This document shows positions 45,839 through 54,095 of a stretch of DNA of 54,095 bases, piece by piece. Source of the stretch: Chthoniobacteraceae bacterium (GTDB taxonomy: Bacteria; Verrucomicrobiota; Verrucomicrobiia; Chthoniobacterales; Chthoniobacteraceae); contig JANNXQ010000289.1 of the NCBI GenBank assembly GCA_031409655.1, positions 1 to 54,095 on the forward strand, given 5' to 3'. The notes under the pieces are model-generated. The model was not told where the DNA came from, made no database searches, and saw nothing but the letters and a program-made list of their open reading frames with translations. The translations under genes and the position numbers were made by a program. How positions within the stretch are numbered: the first letter of the stretch is position 1; every line of letters begins with the position of its first letter.

Positions 45839-47125
45839 TCATTCATACCGCAGCGCCTTTACCGGATCGAGCCGGGCGGCGAAATACGCGGGAATGAGCG
45901 CGGCGAGGGAGCAGATGATGAAGGCGCTCACGCAGATGATCGCCACGTCGCCCGGGACGACCTCGGCGGGGATGGCGCTGAATTGATAGATGCCGGGCGG
46001 AAAAATCTCGATCCCGAGCGCGGTGGCGAGGAAGTCCTTGAACTCATTCCGCCAGCGGATGAGCGCCATCCCGGCGGCGAGACCGGTGATGTTTCCAAAG
46101 AAGCCGACGACCATGCCCTGCGCGAGGAAGACCCAGACGATCTGCCCGGGCGTGGCCCCGAGCGCTTTCATCACGCCGATCTCGCGGGTCTTCTGCACGG
46201 TCACCGTGATGAGGGTGCTCATGATGCCGAAGGCGGCGACGATGACGATGAAGAGGAGCAGGAAAAACATCGTGTTCCGCTCCAGCCGGATGGCGTCGAA
46301 GATCTGTTTGTTCAAGTCGATCCAAGTGTAGATGCGCAGCGTCGGCGGGACGACCTCTTCCAGCTTCGTCTGGAGCTGCGCGGCCTCGTAGGGATCTTCC
46401 GTTTTGATGGTGATGCCGTGCAGTCCGTCGCCGAGGCCGTAGAGCTCCTGGCCGATGTGCAGGGCGACGAGCAGGAACTCCGCGTCATACTGATAGCGCC
46501 CCGAGGAGAAGATTCCCGCCACCGTCAGCTCCTGCGGCAGCACCATGGAGCGCAGATCGGAGAGCGTGGTTTTATTGTCGGTCTCCCCCTCGGCCTTGTT
46601 CAGCGCGTCCATGATCTCGCCGATATTCCCCGGCGAATAGACGATCACCTTTTGCCCCACCCGCGCCCCGAGCTGCGTGGCGAGTTCGCTGCCGATCACG
46701 CATTCGTCGCTCCCGAGCCGCAGTTCGCCCTCCACGATAGCGGAACGGATCTCGGTGACCCGCTCCTCCTGCACGATGTCGATGCCGCGGATCTTCGGCG
46801 CGAGCCGGCGCCCCTCGCACTCCACGATCACTGGCCCTTGCACGAAGGGTGCCGCCGCGACGACCCGCGGCGTCTGGCGGATCGTCTCCATGAGCGGGCG
46901 CCAGTCGTCGATCGTCGTGTCACTGCTCACGAGCAGATGCGCATCGAAGCCGAGCACCTTCCGCCGCAGTTCCTGATCGAAGCCCGTCATCACCGAAATC
47001 ACGAGGATGAGCACGCAGATGCCGAGGGTGACGCCGAGGATGGAAATGATCGTGATCGCGGAGACGAAGGTGCGCTTCGGCTGGAGATAGCGCAGGGCGA
47101 GGAAAAGGCTGAAGGGTGTTTTCAA
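45839..47125 (-). CDS. LolC/E-family lipoprotein-releasing ABC permease
   Basis: TTG start inferred; FLALRYL, SVMTGF..EL, KTREIGVMKALGA, PA..AA.LDPVKALRYE. Confidence 0.9.
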   Translation of the reverse strand: MKTPFSLFLALRYLQPKRTFVSAITIISILGVTLGICVLILVISVMTGFDQELRRKVLGFDAHLLVSSDTTIDDWRPLMETIRQTPRVVAAAPFVQGPVIVECEGRRLAPKIRGIDIVQEERVTEIRSAIVEGELRLGSDECVIGSELATQLGARVGQKVIVYSPGNIGEIMDALNKAEGETDNKTTLSDLRSMVLPQELTVAGIFSSGRYQYDAEFLLVALHIGQELYGLGDGLHGITIKTEDPYEAAQLQTKLEEVVPPTLRIYTWIDLNKQIFDAIRLERNTMFFLLLFIVIVAAFGIMSTLITVTVQKTREIGVMKALGATPGQIVWVFLAQGMVVGFFGNITGLAAGMALIRWRNEFKDFLATALGIEIFPPGIYQFSAIPAEVVPGDVAIICVSAFIICSLAALIPAYFAARLDPVKALRYE

Positions 47126-47236
47126 ACGGGAGATGGCGCGCCCATGCCTAGTGGCCGCGAAGCCCCGCACAAGGGCAAAAGATCGCGGGGAGAAACCGGT
47201 TGACACTCGCCGGTGCTGGTTGTTTCTGTGCGTTGC

Positions 47237-47836
47237 ATGAAAAAGGTTCTCTCCCTCCTCGTTTCTTACGTGCTTTTGCAAACGCAGACTTGGGCGCTCA
47301 GTGGTGGGCCGGTCTTTGATACGCCGGGAAATGTGGCGAGTGTGGTCGGGACTTTCTCAGGTGTCCTTTCTCCCAGAATTTTCGGCGATACTTCGATCGG
47401 GATCTTTTCCCTGACGGTGCCCACCAGCGGGCTCTCTTCGGGAGCTTTCAATTACTTCACGAACGGGAGCGTCTTTGTGGGAACGATCACGGGCGTCGGA
47501 GATCCCGAAGACAATTCGATCACCGCCTCTCTCAGTGCGACCGCGACTTCGCGGCAATACATCACCACGGTCACCACCACCACGACCGGCGGCGTCATTG
47601 TCACCACCACGAACTCGGCGCTCACCACGGTCGGCTCAGGCTTCGCCACGGGAACCTTGGAGGCGAAGGTCAAGGCGGCCGAGGGCTCGACGGATGTCGC
47701 AGCTATTGGGGCGCGATTGAAAGGCGACGCGACTCTTTCCATCGTCCGCGCGCCCGCACCACCCTTCGGAAATCAAGATGGCTTCCCGGCCAGTGGAGAT
47801 GCCTTCCTTTCGGTGACGGGTTTCCGCCAGCAGTAG
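47237..47836 (+). CDS. Secreted Ser/Thr-rich beta-strand hypothetical protein
   Basis: Signal peptide MKKVLSLLVSYVLLQTQTWA followed by LSGGP. Confidence 0.7.
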   Translation: MKKVLSLLVSYVLLQTQTWALSGGPVFDTPGNVASVVGTFSGVLSPRIFGDTSIGIFSLTVPTSGLSSGAFNYFTNGSVFVGTITGVGDPEDNSITASLSATATSRQYITTVTTTTTGGVIVTTTNSALTTVGSGFATGTLEAKVKAAEGSTDVAAIGARLKGDATLSIVRAPAPPFGNQDGFPASGDAFLSVTGFRQQ

Positions 47837-47950
47837 GAGGATCGGTGACATGGCGTTGAGCGCGCGTCCGTCGGGGGACGCCAGCGCCGCGAGGCCTGCT
47901 TCCCAGCCTGCCGGGCACCCCCGAACCCGTCCCCCGTCTTTATTGTGAAG

Positions 47951-48493
47951 ATGCGCTCTCGAACCATGGGTTTGCGCGCTGCCTTCACGCTTCTCGAACT
48001 GCTGACCTGCGTGGTCATCATTCTGATTCTTTCGACCATGCTGATCGGGACATTTCAGAAGCTGCGGAACCGCGCCGAGACCGCATCCTGCGAACAAAAC
48101 CTGAAGAGTCTCTATGTGGGCGCGAGCGCCTTCGTTCAGGATCAGGGTCACTGGCCGCAGGTCGATCCGAAGCTGCTCGCGGGAGGAGAGACCGACTACG
48201 CGCTCGCCTGGATCACGGCTCTCGCGCCTTACAAAATCTCCCGGCAGTCCTGGCTCTGCCCGACCGTGCAACGGGAACTCGGCAACCCGGATTTTAATGC
48301 GCCCGAAAAAACGCGCATCGACTACATCGCCAGCCCCTTCGACGCAGACCCGCGATCGCCCTACAAATGGAACACGCAACCGTGGTTCATTGAACGAGGG
48401 GGCGGTCACGAAGGTGGCAACCGCATCGTTTTCCCGGATGGGAAGATCGTCCCACTCGAGGAGGTAAAGCGGACCTTGGCACCGAGCCTATAG
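47951..48493 (+). CDS. Prepilin-type N-terminal methylation domain protein
   Basis: AFTLLELL hydrophobic helix, C..NLK, CP, and C-terminal H....N..F.DG. Confidence 0.85.
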   Translation: MRSRTMGLRAAFTLLELLTCVVIILILSTMLIGTFQKLRNRAETASCEQNLKSLYVGASAFVQDQGHWPQVDPKLLAGGETDYALAWITALAPYKISRQSWLCPTVQRELGNPDFNAPEKTRIDYIASPFDADPRSPYKWNTQPWFIERGGGHEGGNRIVFPDGKIVPLEEVKRTLAPSL

Positions 48494-48570
48494 GAGCGAG
48501 CGTGGTTCGCTCTTTCGACGCGGCAGGAGCACCCCGTTCTCCGCCCCAAGCCATCCACCAGAATCGTCTC

Positions 48571-49176
48571 CTATCCTGCCGGATACTCTGCCGCCATCCA
48601 TTCCGCCGCCTGGCGCAGCGCATTCGCCCGGTGGCTCAGTCTGTTTTTCACCGCTGCCGGCAGTTCGCCAAATGTTTCGCAGTGGCCAGCGGGCACGAAG
48701 AGCGGGTCGTAGCCGAAGCCGCCGTCCCCTTTTTCCATGTTCACGATGATGCCTTCGACCGCGCCGTCGAAATTCCCGAGCACTCGCCCATCCTCGGCAA
48801 TAGCCATCGCGCAGCGAAAGCGCGCGGTGCGGGCCTTGCCGCGCACCCTGGCAGCTTCGAGTTCGCGGATGAGGCGGGCGCGGTTGTCGGCGTCAGTGGC
48901 TCCGGGGCCGGCGTAGCGGGCGCTGCGGACGCCTGGGGCGCCGCCGAGGGCGTCCACTTCCAGGCCGCTGTCGTCGGAGAGCACCAGGCCGGCGAAGAGC
49001 TTTGAGGCAGCCACGGCTTTGATCCCGGCATTCTCCGCGAAGGTCTCGCCGGTCTCATCCGGCGCCGGGACTTCGGGATGGGCGTTGAGATCGGTGACCT
49101 GCCATTCGGGTCCGAGCAGGGCGCGGATCTCGGCAGTCTTGTGGGCGTTCTTGGTGGCGATGAGCAGGCGGGGCAT
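48571..49176 (-). CDS. rdgB: dITP/XTP pyrophosphatase (HAM1 family)
   Basis: ATKNAHK..E, ETGETF.ENA..KA, DDSGLEVDALGGAPGVRSARY, GFGYDP, SHR. Confidence 0.95.
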   Translation of the reverse strand: MPRLLIATKNAHKTAEIRALLGPEWQVTDLNAHPEVPAPDETGETFAENAGIKAVAASKLFAGLVLSDDSGLEVDALGGAPGVRSARYAGPGATDADNRARLIRELEAARVRGKARTARFRCAMAIAEDGRVLGNFDGAVEGIIVNMEKGDGGFGYDPLFVPAGHCETFGELPAAVKNRLSHRANALRQAAEWMAAEYPAG

Positions 49177-49188
49177 GGGCGAAGTGAT

Positions 49189-49293
49189 GAACTTCGAACA
49201 TCGAACTTCCAACGTCGAACATCGAACGAATGGACCCGGACCGTGCGATCCTCAGTTCAAGGTTGAATGTTCGACGTTCGATGTTCGATGTTC
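49189..49293. repeat. Inverted heptamer arrays (GAACATC)n ... (GTTCGAT)n between divergent rdgB and leuS
   Basis: gaacttc-gaacatc-gaacttc-caacgtc-gaacatc ... gttcaag-gttgaat-gttcgac-gttcgat-gttcgat. Confidence 0.88.
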
Positions 49294-49305
49294 CCCTTCC
49301 GCCGA

Positions 49306-51960
<2,655 letters not shown>

Positions 51961-52075
51961 TGGTGGCTGGCGCGCTCCGCCGCGCCATGGCAAAACTCCG
52001 CGCGCAGCGCCAAGCCCTTTGAGCGGCCTCCGGACGGAGCAACACCCATGGTGCCGCGGAGCGCACCATCCACCA
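51961..52075. repeat. GTGG-type REP inverted doublet
   Basis: tggtggctggcgcgctccgccgcgccatgg ... ccatggtgccgcggagcgcaccatccacca. Confidence 0.82.
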
Positions 52076-52145
52076 GCAGCGACCACTCCCCCATCCGAGA
52101 GTTTGCCGGGCCGGTGCTTTGCTGGTACGGATCTGACCCAATCCC

Positions 52146-52460
52146 ATGCCACACGCTCCGCGCATCCTCAGCATCGAAGGCGAACTCGACATGCACAATG
52201 TCCCGCAGGTCCGCGCACGACTGGCCAGCGTGGTCGAACAGCAGGTCCCGCAAGTCCTCCTCGACCTCACCGGCGTGAGCTACATCGATAGCTCCGGCCT
52301 CGCTCTTTTCATCGAAAACCTCCAACGCATCCAAGCCTACGGCGGCCAGCTCCGACTCTTCGGCCTGCGCGATTCCGTCCGGCAGATCTTCGAAATCTCG
52401 CGGCTCGATCAAGTCTTTCAACTTTTCCCGGACAAGGACGCCGCGCTGCAAGCCGCCTGA
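52146..52460 (+). CDS. STAS-domain anti-sigma factor antagonist
   Basis: GELD, LDLTGVSYIDSSGL, V..IFEI.RL..VF. Confidence 0.93.
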   Translation: MPHAPRILSIEGELDMHNVPQVRARLASVVEQQVPQVLLDLTGVSYIDSSGLALFIENLQRIQAYGGQLRLFGLRDSVRQIFEISRLDQVFQLFPDKDAALQAA

Positions 52461-52557
52461 AGCGGACGCGCAATAGCGACTAAGAGCAGAGCCCTCAGGA
52501 GATCAGACGTTTGGCGGCCCGCCCGCCACCAGAATCAATTCAGGAACAGCGCACGCC

Positions 52558-54000
52558 ATGGACATCTACATTCTCCGCGAAGGCCAGGAAATCGGCCCCT
52601 TTAACGAAGCCAAGACGCACACCCTGCTCAACCAGGGCAGCATCGGCATGACCGATCTCTCGTGGTGCCCGGGGATGTCCAAATGGCTCCCGCTTTCGGA
52701 AGTCATCTCGTCGCTCCCCACGGAAGATTCGGAGCCAGAAGAGAGCATCGCCGCCGCGGAATCGCAGGCCGCGACGAACGAGATCTCGGACGCTCCCTTC
52801 GAGTCCGCAACCCGCAAGCAGCGCGCGCTCCTCGCCTTTCTCGGCATCGCCGTCGAAAACCTGCTCTCGCGCACCCAGGCCGCGCTGATCATCAGCGACA
52901 CCATGGAAGATGCCACCTGCAGCGGGCGTTTCAGCCAATGGCAGACCGAGCGGCTCACCCTCCACCCGGATCTTTTCGCGGCGGAGATTCAGGCGAAACG
53001 CGCCGGCCGCGCCGACCACTTTCACCATCTCGCGCACACGGAGGGTGCGGCGTATTTCGTCAACTTCGCCAAACCCCACGCCCAGGCGCTCGTCAGCTAC
53101 CTGGACCTCAGTTTCCCCACTTGGGACACAAAGGAAGCCACCGCCGCTCGCGACTATTTCTTCCCCGCGATCGCCGAAAAATTTCCGCAACACGTGAAGC
53201 CGGAGTGGCAGGGCCGGCTCCACTATCCGAACGGCGTGAAAGGCACGCCCGAACTCGCTGGTCCAACGCCCGCCCTCCGCCCGCCACCCGCGCGCTCCGG
53301 CGGTCTCCCGATCATGGCCATGGCCCGCGGCATTTTCTTCGGGCTGCTGATCCTCGGAGTCGCGTGGTTCGTGCGGAAGAAGCTGACGGGTGCGGACGCA
53401 AATGCGGCTGGCCCGGGCGCCGCGTCATCCGCAAAGGCGACCGCCCCCGCTCCCGCCGCGACGGCCGTGGCCGAGGCCTCGTCCGCAACCGCGGATGCGG
53501 CCCCGCCCTCACCCACCACGGCCCCGGCCGAGTCGCCGGAGACGATGCAGACTCCGGACGCTGCCGCCAGCTCCTCCGGCGAAATGACCGCGCCCGCAGC
53601 CGCTGCCCCACCGGTCATGCCAGCGACCGACAGTGCACCCGCAGCGCGCACCGTCCCATCGGCACCTCCGCCAGCGATGACTCCGATCCGCCTCACCAAA
53701 CCCGCCGAGGTAAAACTCGCCTTCGGGAAAGTCGTCCTCCCGGCCGGCACGACCGTGAAATTCCTGGCGCAAGAAGGCCCCTGGCTCCGCGTGCAATACA
53801 TCAAGGACACCATCTTTGTCCCCGCGACCTCGACGAACGTCAACGACCTCCCGCCCGCACCCGCCGCCGAACCCGGCCTGCTGCCCGCTCCGCCTGCCGC
53901 CACCGCACCCGACCCGCTCGCGCCTCCCAAACCCGCCAAGGACTCACTTTTCGGCGACCTCCCGACACCGATCCCACCGCCGCCCGCACCACCTCTCTAG
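52558..54000 (+). CDS. GYF_2 (DUF4339) domain membrane protein with an Ala/Pro-rich tail
   Basis: Y..R.GQ..GPF ... W..GM..W.PL N-terminal domain; TM GIFFGLLILGVAWFV. Confidence 0.82.
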   Translation: MDIYILREGQEIGPFNEAKTHTLLNQGSIGMTDLSWCPGMSKWLPLSEVISSLPTEDSEPEESIAAAESQAATNEISDAPFESATRKQRALLAFLGIAVENLLSRTQAALIISDTMEDATCSGRFSQWQTERLTLHPDLFAAEIQAKRAGRADHFHHLAHTEGAAYFVNFAKPHAQALVSYLDLSFPTWDTKEATAARDYFFPAIAEKFPQHVKPEWQGRLHYPNGVKGTPELAGPTPALRPPPARSGGLPIMAMARGIFFGLLILGVAWFVRKKLTGADANAAGPGAASSAKATAPAPAATAVAEASSATADAAPPSPTTAPAESPETMQTPDAAASSSGEMTAPAAAAPPVMPATDSAPAARTVPSAPPPAMTPIRLTKPAEVKLAFGKVVLPAGTTVKFLAQEGPWLRVQYIKDTIFVPATSTNVNDLPPAPAAEPGLLPAPPAATAPDPLAPPKPAKDSLFGDLPTPIPPPPAPPL

Positions 54001-54024
54001 CCGCCTGTTGAAATACCCGGCCTC

Positions 54025-54052
54025 GGTGGATGGCGCGCTCCGCCGCGCCATG
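54025..54052. repeat. Second copy of the GTGG-type REP arm (partner probably beyond the window edge)
   Basis: ggtggatggcgcgctccgccgcgccatg, near-identical to 51962-51989. Confidence 0.8.
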
Positions 54053-54095
54053 CCCAACGCGCGCCGCAGGCCCATCTTCCCAGTATGGCGCTGTG

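Noticed and set aside
52461..52557. Possible riboswitch upstream of the GYF_2 gene
   Set aside because: Only a short GC hairpin; no complete aptamer consensus could be recognised.

Overview
GC-rich bacterial chromosomal window, most likely Verrucomicrobiota of the Chthoniobacterales type (inferred from the DUF1549/DUF1553+DUF1501 pair, GYF_2 and prepilin-type proteins and the repeat families). The left ~21 kb is a combined nucleobase-catabolism island. Its pyrimidine arm has a plant-PYD1-like dihydropyrimidine dehydrogenase with no PreT partner in the window, dihydropyrimidinase, an M20 amidohydrolase and malonate/methylmalonate-semialdehyde dehydrogenase. Its purine arm has a fused XdhAB, XdhC, uricase, HIU hydrolase, OHCU decarboxylase, allantoinase, allantoicase and a CitE-like unknown enzyme. 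The island is interrupted by a class III cyclase-Ser/Thr kinase-TM-WD40 gene and an MNT-HEPN pair. The rest is mostly housekeeping (tolC-like, glcD-like, fabV, nth, comF, accD, folC, rpe, mgtE, yajQ, lolC/E-like, rdgB, leuS, tRNA-Ser). The most striking non-gene signal is a dense set of REP-like inverted doublets and inverted heptamer arrays. Several copies sit in frame inside proteins (XdhAB, a DUF1549 cytochrome, LeuRS, probably FolC). The XdhAB copy has TTG where the intergenic copy has an in-frame TAG stop. Other leads are an RNase HI with a C-terminal QxxLF clamp-like motif and an unannotated polyproline membrane peptide upstream of mgtE. All calls come from reading motifs by eye; no database search was run, and many start codons were adjusted relative to the ORF track.
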